DNA of 64,000 nt from Nitrospirota bacterium (lineage in GTDB: Bacteria; Nitrospirota; UBA9217): the NCBI GenBank assembly GCA_963845065.1, contig CAWJQQ010000001.1:608001-672000 (forward strand), in the 5' to 3' direction. Made by a program: the position numbers and the translations under genes. How positions within the stretch are numbered: position 1 is the first letter of the stretch; each line of letters starts with the position of its first letter. The notes under the pieces are model-generated. The model was not told the DNA's origin and did no database searches. It saw nothing but the letters and a program-made list of their open reading frames with translations. Below, one piece after another: positions 32,985-44,059 of this stretch.

Positions 32985-33115
32985 GATTTTGCGTGAGACA
33001 AAACAAGGGCTCGGAACCTTACATTATGATTCCCTCCCATACAGAGTTAAATATCGGCACCATGAGCGGCATTCTCAATGACATTGCTTTCTTCATTGCC
33101 ATTACATTTCTATAA
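32985..33115 (+). pseudogene. HicA-like toxin remnant
   Basis: VRQNKGS..IMIPSHTELNIGTMSGILNDIA. Confidence 0.55.
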
Positions 33116-33662
33116 ATAATTCCGCATATCTTCCACCCTACAATTTTCTGAAAAGTATCTATCGTTTGGCAGTACCGACTTTAATCCATAAATTATCATG
33201 CTTCTCGTTATCGGTCTGATACTGATAACTTTCGCTGCTTTTGCCGCTAAGGCGGCAAGTGCTCCAGATGCCGCCAAGTTGTCATTCAACGGCTCCGTAG
33301 ACGCAGCGTCAGTAATCGGCATCGGCTTGGGTATTAGCAAGAGCGCCCAAGGTATTGACCACAACCCTGAGGCATCGGGATAGAGCATGACCACGAGGAA
33401 GGTGGATTTGGCCTTTTGATCGAGTCGCTGGCCATTTATACACTGGTCGTCGTGTTAATCCTGCTGTACACAAAACCGTTCTGCATGTAATCAGCCGAAT
33501 ACTTGTCTATAATGAGCAAAAAAAGAGACGATTCAAAGACTCGACTCTTTTTTTGGCTGTTAGGATAATACTGTTTTTTGTCGATCGTAACATACGATAC
33601 GATGAAAGCTTTCGTCGTGTTACTCCCTGCAATTTTACTTCGTCACCTTTGGTTAATAAATG

Positions 33663-34109
33663 TTATGCCACTTTTTTTTCTATTTCGGTATCTCCAAGGA
33701 GTTTCATTTCGCCATCAACCCGCGTATTACCTAGCACCTTTGCGTTACCGCCGACTTGAGCCCTCTCGGTTACTTCGGCTAATCCGCTCACGACCGCATT
33801 TCCATATACCCCGGCAAACCCGTAAATCTTTGCATCACCCGACACTTTTGCGTTACCAAAGACTCGTGCGTTTCCGAAGATTTCTGCCCTACCTGATATT
33901 TCGGCCTGGTCGAAAATCCATGCATTGCCGAAGACAAAGGCTTCACCACTTAGCTTGCAGTGGCCGCAAATCTTGACAAAGGGGCCAACATACACGCCAT
34001 CCTCGACGTTCGCGTGCTCTGCAACCATTCCGCCACCGTTCGGGTGGTGGTGATATTTTATTCCATCTATCTCTATAACCGGTTCACTCGTCAAAACCTT
34101 GATATTCAT
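33663..34109 (-). CDS. Left-handed beta-helix (hexapeptide repeat) protein
   Basis: HPNGGGMVA followed by repeated (A/V)xVxGN hexapeptides. Confidence 0.8.
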   Translation of the reverse strand: MNIKVLTSEPVIEIDGIKYHHHPNGGGMVAEHANVEDGVYVGPFVKICGHCKLSGEAFVFGNAWIFDQAEISGRAEIFGNARVFGNAKVSGDAKIYGFAGVYGNAVVSGLAEVTERAQVGGNAKVLGNTRVDGEMKLLGDTEIEKKVA

Positions 34110-34649
34110 ACATACCTCCAATAAGGACTTTTAAATCGCTTTAAAATTAATAATCTCTCTGGAGAGATTATCGTCCTAAAGTTGTAATTTTATATTAATT
34201 AAATGATAGCGAACATCTTCAATTTTGTCAAATAACAGATTTTTTATTGACTACGATAATATATAGTCTAAATTGTAACCTAGTTTACTTTTATCTCGAT
34301 TGACAACCCAATTAACCTTTTATTTACAATGTAGTATAATATATTTTGTGCAAAGATCAGCGACGGGATTACTAACTTATCAGTAATAATAACGGCCATA
34401 TTAAATGATGCATCAGATGGGATCATTAACGACAAAATGGTAAAACCCAGATAACGAGAAAGGAACCATGGGGTAGGGGTCTGTGCACTTATACAAGGAT
34501 TGCGGAGACAATGTAGGGAAGGGCCATTTCTCAGCAGGGGCTGGCAGCAACCTGCAAAGATATACCGAACGAGGGAAACCGAAGGGAGTGGGAGAGACTT
34601 GGTCTGACGCATGAGTCTGTAGTAGCGAAAAAGCGGGGGGTAACGCCCT

Positions 34650-35045
34650 GTGAGGTGGCGAGAAGCCACCCTCGACGAGTAGAATTTCAGAGAAGCAAAG
34701 GGACTCTCGGTGCATAGCGGATATCTATGGATATATATAGGACCCGCGGCCGGGACATAGAGCCCAATAACCGCGTTAAGGTTCCATTAGATGTCGAGAC
34801 GATGGGCAAACCGATTCAGTGAGGGGTGTATTCGAACCGACGCTTGAGCCGCCGTTGCATCGGGAAGACCTATCGAGGAAAGCTATGGTCACCAACCGGA
34901 CTCGGGCAATCCGACCGTCCGGGATGAAAACGGAGGCTTCAGTGAACGCGATGCATGGTGGAACTAGGAACCCATATCGCAGACCAAAAGGGCGGTACTG
35001 GTCACTCTTCGCCTAAACGTGCGCGCAACTGAAATCTATCCAAAC
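34650..35045 (+). ncRNA. ORF-less (deleted) group II intron nested in another intron
   Basis: 5' GTGAG; DV AACCGGACTCGGGCAATCCGACCGTCCGGGATG; 3' CTATCCAAAC. Confidence 0.6.
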
Positions 35046-35149
35046 CATCGATGTCCCGGAAACGGAACGGAGGGAAGGGGGTGGCGGGAACGCCAGGTGT
35101 TCCGGGGAACTATCCACCATACATAGAGATGGACAATGGGTACATACAA

Positions 35150-35730
35150 AACTGGGACTCATAGCCGAGCGAGCCAAAAGAGACCCGAAGTGTAAGTTCA
35201 GCATGCTTGCATATCTGCTGAATGAAGAGTTTCTCTTGGCATGTTTCTGGGCGTTTTAAAATGAATAAAGCTCCCGGCATCGACATAGTAACGGTACGGC
35301 AGTATGAAGAAAACCCCTATGAGAACATCTTAGATTTGACCAGCCGGTTGAAACTCAGGAAATAGCGGCACCAGCCTGGACGTCGGGCATATATACCGAA
35401 GGACGACAAGAGCAAAAGACCCCTCGGAATACTCGTGGTTGAGGACAAAATTGTCCAGATGGGAATCAAGAAAATCCTTGAATCTATCTACGAGGTAGAC
35501 TTCAGAGATATATCCCATGGTTTCCGACCGGGACGAAGCCACCATGATGCGCTTGAAGTAGTATATAAGGCCATTATGGCAAAAGCGGTAAACTACATTG
35601 TCGATATGGACATCGAGATCGCTGGAGCCAGAAGAAGAGCATGATAAGGGAATTCTTCAATAAGTACCTCTCTTGGAACTTTAACAGCGCCGAAGATATA
35701 TCACAAGACGTATACGTTAATCGTTGAGTA
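35150..35730 (+). pseudogene. ltrA: Group II intron reverse transcriptase remnant
   Basis: KAPGID, AYIPK..KRPLGI..EDKIVQ, SHGFRPGRSHHDAL, VDMDI; stops, and the YADD region is deleted. Confidence 0.88.
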
Positions 35731-36065
35731 AGGGATACATTTCCCGAAGAGCCGTGTGAGTGGAAACACTCACGCCCGGTTATGTGGGGGGCATTGATAA
35801 ACATCATTTAGCATAATAATGTGACACTCCTCATGCCGAAAGGAATTAGAAACGGTGAAAACAATCCATGCCTACGTGAGGTATAGGAGATGCCTACTCG
35901 ATCAACACTTAAATTACCAAGCTATAAGTCGAGACTGAATTTTGAAGACAGATATGCTAAAAGCGAGATCACCAAGGATGAATTCGAGCGAGTGAAAGAC
36001 AATTTTGGAAAACTATGAGGTACGGACAGCGTTGGGACAGGTTATGTGAGAGGGGGCGAAGAACC

Positions 36066-36281
36066 ATGAAAGTTGCATGCTTTAACGTGAGTAATAATCT
36101 TTGCGGGGACTGTTCTCTGGCGTTGCGACGCTTTGTCGGAGGCATGGATGGGGTGGAGTCCATCGATGTGGAGAAAGGGAAGATCGTTGTCATGTTCGAT
36201 GAAAAGATCGTAGATCAGGACAGGATCTCAACGATAATGAAGGACAGTATCGAAAAGCTTGGTTACGGGATCGATGAATAA
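36066..36281 (+). CDS. Heavy-metal-associated (HMA) domain protein
   Basis: LCGDC CxxC, GVESIDVE, IEKLGY. Confidence 0.75.
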   Translation: MKVACFNVSNNLCGDCSLALRRFVGGMDGVESIDVEKGKIVVMFDEKIVDQDRISTIMKDSIEKLGYGIDE

Positions 36282-36339
36282 TGATCAAGTGACTCGTTGA
36301 CTATAAAAGACTAGGATGTGATCCAGTTCAGGAGGGGAT

Positions 36340-36570
36340 ATGTTCTCATTGTTTATCGCTGTTATCACACTTATAATTGTTGTTATATTTTCCGTCCAGA
36401 ATGCGGGGTCTGTTGCCGTTTCCTTTCTCTCCTGGCATTTTGAAGCATCCCTTGCAATGGTGATCGCATGGTCTCTCCTTGCCGGGATGATCATTGGTAT
36501 GGCCATTCTCGCCGGGATGCGAATGAGCAGGTCGGCCCGAAAGAAAAAATCGATTGAAAGTAAATCTTAA
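36340..36570 (+). CDS. LapA/DUF1049 family membrane protein
   Basis: FSVQNAGSVAVSFLSW..SLAMVI. Confidence 0.8.
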   Translation: MFSLFIAVITLIIVVIFSVQNAGSVAVSFLSWHFEASLAMVIAWSLLAGMIIGMAILAGMRMSRSARKKKSIESKS

Positions 36571-37240
36571 TATCTTTCTCTTGATAAACGGTTCACAAGA
36601 ATCACATTAGGTGAGAAAAACCTGATTGATCCGGGTAGACGTGCGGTCGAAAAGAGTTTCAAAATTGCATTGTTACAAAATTGGATGCGTCAACGTTAAA
36701 TGGTAGAGCGAGATTTAAGACCTAATACAGACAAATGGGAATGGAGGTATATGTCAGCGCGGCAGGGAATTACGCAATATGAAAATACTCGAAAAATAGT
36801 CATTAAATACTTTTTTGTATATTACACATAAACGCAGACGTGAGCGGAGCGACTTCAATGCCCCTCTCAACGAAGAAATTGGGGCTTGAGCTTTTCCAGA
36901 TTTCCCTCGATCGGCGGAATTTGCTGCGCAGATAAATCGGCCAAGTTGTGGCTATCCGTGCGAACCAGTTAAAGGAATTCAATACTTTATTCCGCAATTT
37001 TCTAATTGTGGTTACCGAATAAAGTAAAATCACGTATCAAATTTTAAGTTGACATTTTCGAGTTTCGCGACAATGGTCTACCGCTAACTTGAAACCCGGG
37101 TATCTTTGCAGCGCGTAGGAGAGAGTTTCTCCTTTTTCCACTTCTATTTTTGACCAGAACCGCCCGCTGTAGCGCATGATGATGAAATAGGTGATGGAAT
37201 CCCTTCTGTTTTGCGAGCATGTTTTTAATTCACTTCACAA

Positions 37241-38383
37241 TCAGAAATGCCCTTCCTCCGGATTTTCACTCGACTTAGTCGGTTTCATACCTATATGATT
37301 ACCCCAGGCGCTGATTTGCCAGTTGTCTTTCCTGCTAGTCTCCGAGACCCAGGGTGGCACAGACAACTGCAAGCGATGGGAAAGTGAATGCACGTAGGGT
37401 TCGTACATCCGCCGCAGTTCGTTAAGCCGCGGGGATACCTCCGCGATCTCTCGGAGCTGCATGCCTTCTGCCGCGAGCATTCCACGCATCGAAACAAGTT
37501 CTCGTGGTGGCAGCCGGTCGATCAGCGGCTCCTCGGGCACGACGTGCAGCACGAGCGAGAGATCTACGACAGCATGGCGTGCCATGGCAAAAGTCAATTG
37601 CGCCTGACGCACGCATGTTCCTTGAAGGTTGGTCATGACAAAGGCGCAGGTATCGAGGATGGATGACAACGCCGCGAGCCATGATTGATTATCGTGCTGG
37701 GAACGGAAATATACGAGGACGGGATAAGAGAGATGACTTTCGAGTATTTCTGCGGACCATTGTTCCCATTCGTGGAGTAGCTGCGTCAGCGATTCCGTTG
37801 AGAAGCCCTGCGATTGTCGCCGCAGCATTTCAATAGCTGTGGGAGGCGAGCCGGCACGCGCATCCAGGAGCGAGATATTAACCTCCCTTTTCGAAAAAGA
37901 TTGATTGAGCGCAGGCAGGTAGCTGATTACGATGGCTAAAAAACCGAAGCCTATGCCTGCTTCAAGAACGGTAAGAGCCCGTGCAAAGTGAATATGGGGT
38001 ACGATATCACCCAGGCCAAGAGTAAAAAAAGTCGTACCGCTGAAATATAGGCAAGTGCTGAATGTTATGAAGCCCTCTGGCGTTTTTAAGGTGTTGCCCG
38101 GCGCCCAATAAAGGAGCGCGAAACCCGAGATAAGGGCGCTAGCCCAAAACCCAAGCAACAACGGCAGTGAAAGTGGTCCAAAGTAGCCCAGGTAATTTTC
38201 TCGGCGTTCTCTACTCGAAAGCGCATGGACCAGCGAAGTCCAAAGTTGCCACATAGTCCGATAGAAGACACGCACAAGCCGAATGCGCCTGGTCACCCTG
38301 CGCGGGAAAACTATGGTTTCAAAGGCATCCGCTAGTACAATTATTATAAGGGCGATGCCCGCTATAATTGCGATGATCGACAT
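37241..38383 (-). CDS. Potassium channel family protein
   Basis: YFSGTTFFTLGLGDIVP pore loop. Confidence 0.88.
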   Translation of the reverse strand: MSIIAIIAGIALIIIVLADAFETIVFPRRVTRRIRLVRVFYRTMWQLWTSLVHALSSRERRENYLGYFGPLSLPLLLGFWASALISGFALLYWAPGNTLKTPEGFITFSTCLYFSGTTFFTLGLGDIVPHIHFARALTVLEAGIGFGFLAIVISYLPALNQSFSKREVNISLLDARAGSPPTAIEMLRRQSQGFSTESLTQLLHEWEQWSAEILESHLSYPVLVYFRSQHDNQSWLAALSSILDTCAFVMTNLQGTCVRQAQLTFAMARHAVVDLSLVLHVVPEEPLIDRLPPRELVSMRGMLAAEGMQLREIAEVSPRLNELRRMYEPYVHSLSHRLQLSVPPWVSETSRKDNWQISAWGNHIGMKPTKSSENPEEGHF

Positions 38384-38709
38384 GGTAATTTCCCGCCCCT
38401 CAAGCCGATATGGTCAACAAACTTATACGGCTTCTGATCAATTTAAGAACGAGATTCACGGTTCTACGGGACATCTGGCTGTCGGCCCGGTATTGCCAGA
38501 TTGTAGCACAACGAGATTAGGAATAGTAAGAAACTCTCCGAAGATGTTTAGTCGTTGTTCGATACGGAGAAACCTGACGAGATGAAACAGCAGAATTTCC
38601 GTTTTTCCGAAAGATATTGCGGAACTTTTTTTTCGGTTCGGAAAGATCATCTTTCATCCTTTGCAAACAAAGTTTTGAGTGGACATTACCTTTGCATCCA
38701 GGACCGCTG

Positions 38710-39190
38710 CGCTTACCACTGCCGGAGCGACCATGACAGCACCGTCAACGATCCCAGTCCTCCAGTTGAGGGAACAGTGATGGATAACCCTTTTCTAGAA
38801 GGGGGGATCTCATCTTCGAGCCGCGAGAAACGGCATGACGGCAAAGACCCCGAGCATCACGTAGTTGACCGTCCCCGAAACGGGGTCTCGGCTTGCCAAG
38901 TACTCAGCAATCGTCATATCGCTACGTCAGTGCACGATCGTGAATTCCGCGAGAAGCAACAGGCCGAGCGCGATGAAGCCCATGCCAAACCGGCTGGACG
39001 TTGTTAGCGGCAGAACAAAGCTCCTGGTGATCTACTTTGCCACGAGAAAGAGCACGACGAACATTACGGGCGCTTCCAGCAATTCTCCAGCTCTGGTGCC
39101 AAAACGCGGGAGAAGCCACAGGATGCGCAGGGGCCCGGGCACGAAGCCCGCTACAAACACGATTGCGAAATACAAATCCCCGCTTTTAGA
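38710..39190 (-). pseudogene. Decayed membrane protein gene
   Basis: LYFAIVFVAGFVPGPLRILWLLPRFGTRAGELLEAPVM, continuing with frameshifts to RDPVSG. Confidence 0.5.
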
Positions 39191-39218
39191 ATTTTCAAGA
39201 CACTTTACAGCCTTCGAA

Positions 39219-39607
39219 CTACTCCACTGCCTGAGCAATTATGGCTTCCACGGCTTGAAATGGTTTCTCAGCCAGTTGATGCCGCTGCTTCAAGTACTCC
39301 GGGCTGTTGTAGTTGATCCATACACGTCCAGCTTCGTCTTCCCATACGAGCGCCTTAAGTGGCAGATCGATCTCAAGTGAGGGATACTTCTGCATCAAAG
39401 GTGTTCCCGCCTTTCGGATTGTCAAATATGAGCAAAAACCATTGGCTTCATATCGAGCCCGACAGAGTTCGCGACCGCACGCAGATCGTTTTGTGCAAAT
39501 ACTGTCATCCCTCGTGACTCGATAATACCTGCCAGCCGCTGTGCTGTCTCAGCGACTCTGCTCCGGATAGGAAGACTGACGATACCTTGTTCTCGCGACG
39601 TAGTCAT
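39219..39607 (-). pseudogene. DUF302 family protein, frameshifted
   Basis: IIESRGMTVFA..VGLDMKP / KAGTPLMQ..IDLPLKALVWED. Confidence 0.8.
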
Positions 39608-39808
39608 GTTCTCCATCCGCCTTTGAGACTGTATGTTATCTGGGTGAGTTTCCGGTCTGCTCGTGATATGGTCACTTGCATTGCTTCCGCATACGCCGTC
39701 ATCACTAAGAGTCATGTTTTCAATTCGCATCCATCAGTGGACCGTGAAACCCGAACTACAATCGCTCTTGCGGTTTAGTGGCGGGAGAGCTCATGCAGCA
39801 AGAGCACT

Positions 39809-40768
39809 TTATCTTCCGACCATCGTTATCAGCATCTGCATCTTGTCCATGAGTTCGGGTAGCAGTGTCATCCCGCGTTTCTTCATGAGCAACTGCGTCG
39901 ACGCCAGCACCTCATGGTAGTAGTTCGCAGGGAAATAATCACGAACTATCATCACCAGCAGCGTCAGGAACAGGCCGAGTGCGATGGTCTCCTTGATCTG
40001 CGGGAAGACACCCCGCATCCATCCCTGAACGCGCCGGCGGTTGTTGGCAGCCTTCACTCGCTCCCAGAACGGTTCCTTCCGATATTCGTCGAGGCTTATC
40101 TGCAACGCATCATAAGTGCTGAAGATCCAGAGGAGGGGAATGACAGGAGTGAATAAAATCGTACATACGAAAATTACTTCAATTATGGACCGGGTGTCCG
40201 AAGGCTCAAGAGACGGCCAGGCCAGGTAGACCAGAGGGAGTGTTACGATCGAGAAGAGACCGATGACCGAAAATCCCATGAAAACGCTTCCCTTGACTGG
40301 CTGGCCATTCAAGAACTGTCCCCAGCCTGGGACCAGCAGGGAACAGAGGGCGGGATACAGGCGGCTGGATACACCGGTAAAAGGGGTTTTCTGCTCCTTA
40401 CTTGCTTGGTGATAAGCGTCGCCAGCATTGTAGGTCCAAAATATTAAAATACCCAGGAGTATTGTTTCGGCTAGAAGGAATGAGTTTGTACGAGACATCC
40501 CAAAGACAGCTAAAAACGAAAGCATGGACTCCCGGTATAACAGGGCGAGAAGCGTCCCGAACCCTGTGAGGAACATCAGAACCATGAACGCCGCACCCTT
40601 GCCGCGCCGAAGATTGTACCGTTGCCCTGCACCCCAGAAGAACATTGAAAGCGAATAGGCTACGGCAGGGTTCTTTCTAGCAAGTTGAGGTTTTTCTTTC
40701 CTGATGGGCTTCGATTTATGGACTTTGGGGTGCTCATCAGGATCTTCGACTACCCAGACCTTTTCCAT
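39809..40768 (-). CDS. Membrane protein with two S-xxx-PG/WG-xGQ (TM2-like) repeats
   Basis: SMFFWGAGQRYN and SLLVPGWGQFLNGQ; several TM helices. Confidence 0.75.
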   Translation of the reverse strand: MEKVWVVEDPDEHPKVHKSKPIRKEKPQLARKNPAVAYSLSMFFWGAGQRYNLRRGKGAAFMVLMFLTGFGTLLALLYRESMLSFLAVFGMSRTNSFLLAETILLGILIFWTYNAGDAYHQASKEQKTPFTGVSSRLYPALCSLLVPGWGQFLNGQPVKGSVFMGFSVIGLFSIVTLPLVYLAWPSLEPSDTRSIIEVIFVCTILFTPVIPLLWIFSTYDALQISLDEYRKEPFWERVKAANNRRRVQGWMRGVFPQIKETIALGLFLTLLVMIVRDYFPANYYHEVLASTQLLMKKRGMTLLPELMDKMQMLITMVGR

Positions 40769-40800
40769 AAAATTTACCTACTCCTTGGATGTACTCGGGT

Positions 40801-41148
40801 TCACTGCGACAAAAAGATGCCCGTTGCTACGGTGCTATCCGCGTCGCCGGAAGCCTGTGCGAAGGCCTTGAAGGTAGTGGTCACACTGGCAGTGATGGGG
40901 CCTGTATATAACATTGAAGCTGCACTTGGAGACGTACCATCGGTTGTATAGAAGATCGACGCTCCATTCGTCGTAGACGCAATTGTGGCGGTCAACGCAC
41001 TGGAATACATGTTTGGCAATGGGCTGAAGGTTGGGGTTGCTGTTGTTGGTCGTGAAGGGTCACTTCCTTCCGAGGGTGTGCTACCACTCGAACAGGAAAA
41101 CATTATAACGAGAACGAGGAATAACGAAGATATTTGGAGCCTCTTCAT
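40801..41148 (-). CDS. Lipoprotein with chitobiase/Fn3-associated domain
   Basis: Lipobox FSC, ATPTFSP, IFYTTDGTSPS..YTGPI. Confidence 0.8.
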   Translation of the reverse strand: MKRLQISSLFLVLVIMFSCSSGSTPSEGSDPSRPTTATPTFSPLPNMYSSALTATIASTTNGASIFYTTDGTSPSAASMLYTGPITASVTTTFKAFAQASGDADSTVATGIFLSQ

Positions 41149-41775
41149 AAGACCCCTCTCTACAACGAACCCGAATACATAGTAAAGATCTTATTGCAGG
41201 CAGGCTTGATTATGCACTTTTATCATTGATGAATCTGTGATTTGACTCACACCTTGGTTGGAGAGTCATAATATGTACTCTGTACTTTATAAAAAAAGTA
41301 ATTTATTAGGAAGAAGACATCACTGCAAACTATTGTAGATACTCGTCAATGCTATCATGATCATGCTGCTCCAAAGAACAAGTGTAGAATGTCAGTTTTG
41401 TGACAAGAGTACAGAAAACAGGTGTAGTTTGCATGGATCAACAAGATGACGCGCGGTCGCAGCGCGTCATTGTTAAACAAAGCACCAGTTTCTCTCTCGC
41501 TCCGCTCGGGGATCGGTGGGAGGCCGGTGCCAATTTACGTCACGGCATGCTCATCGCTGGTTTTATTTTCGTTTTGAACTGATACTAATTTGTAGAAAAT
41601 ATACACTTAACGACGTTGAATCAATGTTGATTCAAAATGGAAGTGGCCATGCCGCCGCCTGGCCTTCTAAAGGCGTATAGCAAGTGGAACTCGTGCGACT
41701 GTATTAAAACCTATCGCATAGATAATGATTCTTGTGAGTGTCACTCTTAGTGCATTCTATTTAAAACTCTACCTT

Positions 41776-42118
41776 AGTTAGGGATGATGTTTTCCATCTT
41801 TACCTGCTAAACGATGATATTTTACTTGGTAGCATATACATATTGTCTTTTCACTGACGAAGATGTCCAGCGAAGTAAGACTTACTCGATACAAATACTA
41901 GCGTTCGAAAAAGGTATAATCGATGATGACTTAACTGGTGCCTTTTCGCCATCGAGAAAGTTCCCCTTTCGGGCTGAATATACGCTTTCACTCATCGAGA
42001 AAGAAACTATCTTGGCATCGAACGCCGCCATGTTGGTGGCAAGCTGGAGCGCAAAAGCAGCATGTTAAATAGCATCATGAGAACGAGTGAGTACGACGAC
42101 GAGTTACTTGTTTTCAAT
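41776..42118 (-). pseudogene. Possible DsrE-like gene remnant
   Basis: LVVVLTRS..AAFALQLATNMAAFD..SVYSARKG with stops; lies downstream of the NifB/NifX-family gene. Confidence 0.4.
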
Positions 42119-42149
42119 TGTTATTTCCTTATGATCTTGACGGAGATGC

Positions 42150-42527
42150 TTAGTGAGCGCAACCACCATCGCTGTGGCCACCGCAGCATTCCTGGACCGT
42201 CAACACAGGCAGGCTTTTAGTCTGAAACATTGAAAGATTTTCCCGTATTGTCTCTCCCTGTGAGCGATGCACCGTGATTCCCATTTGGTTCAGCCTGGTA
42301 AGTGCTCCTGCTCCGATGCCGCCAACGACAAGCGCGTCTACCTTTTGATTATCAAGCGCCTTCATCGGGTTGCACGCGCCATGCGTGTGGTGCTGATCCC
42401 GATTATTGATTGATGCAACGCTGTTTGTGTTCGTATCGAAAACAACAAATACTGGCGCAGAACCAAAGTGGTTATACACTGTGCTCTCGATTCCATTATC
42501 ATTCTGAACTGGAAAACAGATTTTCAT
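42150..42527 (-). CDS. NifB/NifX-family (FeMo-cofactor-binding-like) protein
   Basis: VYNHFGSAP, HGAC, GGIGAGA. Confidence 0.88.
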   Translation of the reverse strand: MKICFPVQNDNGIESTVYNHFGSAPVFVVFDTNTNSVASINNRDQHHTHGACNPMKALDNQKVDALVVGGIGAGALTRLNQMGITVHRSQGETIRENLSMFQTKSLPVLTVQECCGGHSDGGCAH

Positions 42528-42561
42528 GTGATGTCCCTCCTGTGAAGTATTTAAGTGACGA

Positions 42562-42837
42562 TTATTGAAATACGATAGCTTGGCCTTTGCTCAAGGCTTT
42601 CGCAACCTTTTTTCTAGCAACAGTAAGTATTCTTTGAACAGTTCCCCGCGATACACCCATCCTAGTGCCTGCCTCCGCTTGGGTAAAGTCATCAAGATCA
42701 CAGAGTTTTAAAGCTTCAAGCTCTTCCCGCAAGAGGGGGATTTGCTCGAGCTCGTGCATCGGAACACCTGTGGGTTTGAAGGCTTCACCCGTAAACTTAC
42801 ATTTACAGTTACGCGGCTTTTTACACCTCGGCGACAT
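42562..42837 (-). CDS. DUF134 DNA-binding protein
   Basis: FKPTGVP..EELEALKLCD..TQAEAG..MGVSRGTVQRIL..ARKKVA. Confidence 0.9.
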   Translation of the reverse strand: MSPRCKKPRNCKCKFTGEAFKPTGVPMHELEQIPLLREELEALKLCDLDDFTQAEAGTRMGVSRGTVQRILTVARKKVAKALSKGQAIVFQ

Positions 42838-43181
42838 CTTTACCCCTTCTCATTTTGTGCATATGTTCATTACGATAGCAGACGTCGACGAAAATGTCAA
42901 GCAAACATTCACTCCACTTCAACTTTTATTAGAAAAAGGCACAAAAATAAAATGACGTTCTATTATAATTACAGGTGGTGTTTGTACAATTCTAAGTTAA
43001 CGTTAAATTTATTAACATATCCGGGAGGAGATAAAGGAGGCAAACAAGCATTTTAATGTCATTCGTTGAATTGCAATAGGCTACCAATTACGAGAGGAAA
43101 CATAAGGTGTTGTTAAGAATTGCAACTACGCCAGATTTAGGAAGATATATCCGAATTGTACCCTGTCTGACGACGGAAAGG

Positions 43182-43724
43182 TTAGATAGTCGGCAGCTTC
43201 GAGGCCACCGATACCTTGCTCAGCCTGACACGCCAGCGTAGCAAGCCAACAGCGTACGTGATATAGTAACCCGTTAGGGTGCCAAAGATCAACAGAGTGA
43301 GAGGGCTGCGCACAAAGTCCGACGACGGCGCAGAGACCGGAGTCGCCGTAAAGTAGAGCTGTGCAGCACGATAGGCGATGCGGCCGAGGAACAGAAGCGA
43401 TAGGGTTACGCCCAAGTGGGCGTTCGGTGTATAAAATAAGCCCGAAAGTGTTTGTTCGAACTTGGTGAGCCGAAGCCCGTAAAAACCGAGCGCGGTACCC
43501 AACCCCACGCCAGCCGCTACCACCAACACGGTACCAAGATGCGCAAAGGATCCGAAAAGTAGTAGGACGAGCACTACGGGAAATAGACACACGGTAATCC
43601 ATGGCCGCACTTCTGATAGTTGCTGACGACCAACCATACGGCGAACACGCGAGTACACGCGCCAGACGATGAGTGCGGCAAAACCGACCGAGACAATCAA
43701 AGAAGGATGGTTTACGAATGCCAT
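43182..43724 (-). CDS. DUF1453/CcdC-like membrane protein with gene-cassette-like ends
   Basis: RVRRMVGRQ, LTKFE..FYTPN. ATTAGAG lies 6 nt before ATG and the stop lies inside ATCTAAC. Confidence 0.8.
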   Translation of the reverse strand: MAFVNHPSLIVSVGFAALIVWRVYSRVRRMVGRQQLSEVRPWITVCLFPVVLVLLLFGSFAHLGTVLVVAAGVGLGTALGFYGLRLTKFEQTLSGLFYTPNAHLGVTLSLLFLGRIAYRAAQLYFTATPVSAPSSDFVRSPLTLLIFGTLTGYYITYAVGLLRWRVRLSKVSVASKLPTI

Positions 43725-44059
43725 GGGTAACTCTAATGCCTCATGCTTTGAGCAGTCAATTGCTCAACACGCTAAACAGCGTGGGTTCCGACTATCAGAA
43801 TAATTGTTACCCTAAACTATCATGAATATATTCCTGATCAGAGGCGATGTCAACACTGTCGTACGGCTTGCCCACCGTCACTTAAGTGTCGTACGGGAAT
43901 GTCGCTTGGGTATTTTAGGGCCATAGATGTTGTCGAATACGGGTCAAGGCAGTTCTTTGAACTTGACATTATTGACGGCAGTTGGAGGTGAGGTCTTACC
44001 ATTTCCTTGAACCGTAATTCAAGGATTACGTAATAATGATCTGTTTTCGCGTGGTGCCG

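Larger units (their letters stand above)
34465..35902 (+). mobile_element. Nested decayed group II introns
   Basis: Domain I-III-like sequence, two separate domain V/VI ends (34893-35045 and 35749-35902) and an RT remnant. Confidence 0.8.

Noticed and set aside
35150..35730. Retron, DGR or defence RT
   Set aside because: Flanked by group II domains V/VI, has intron-type motifs, and is broken.
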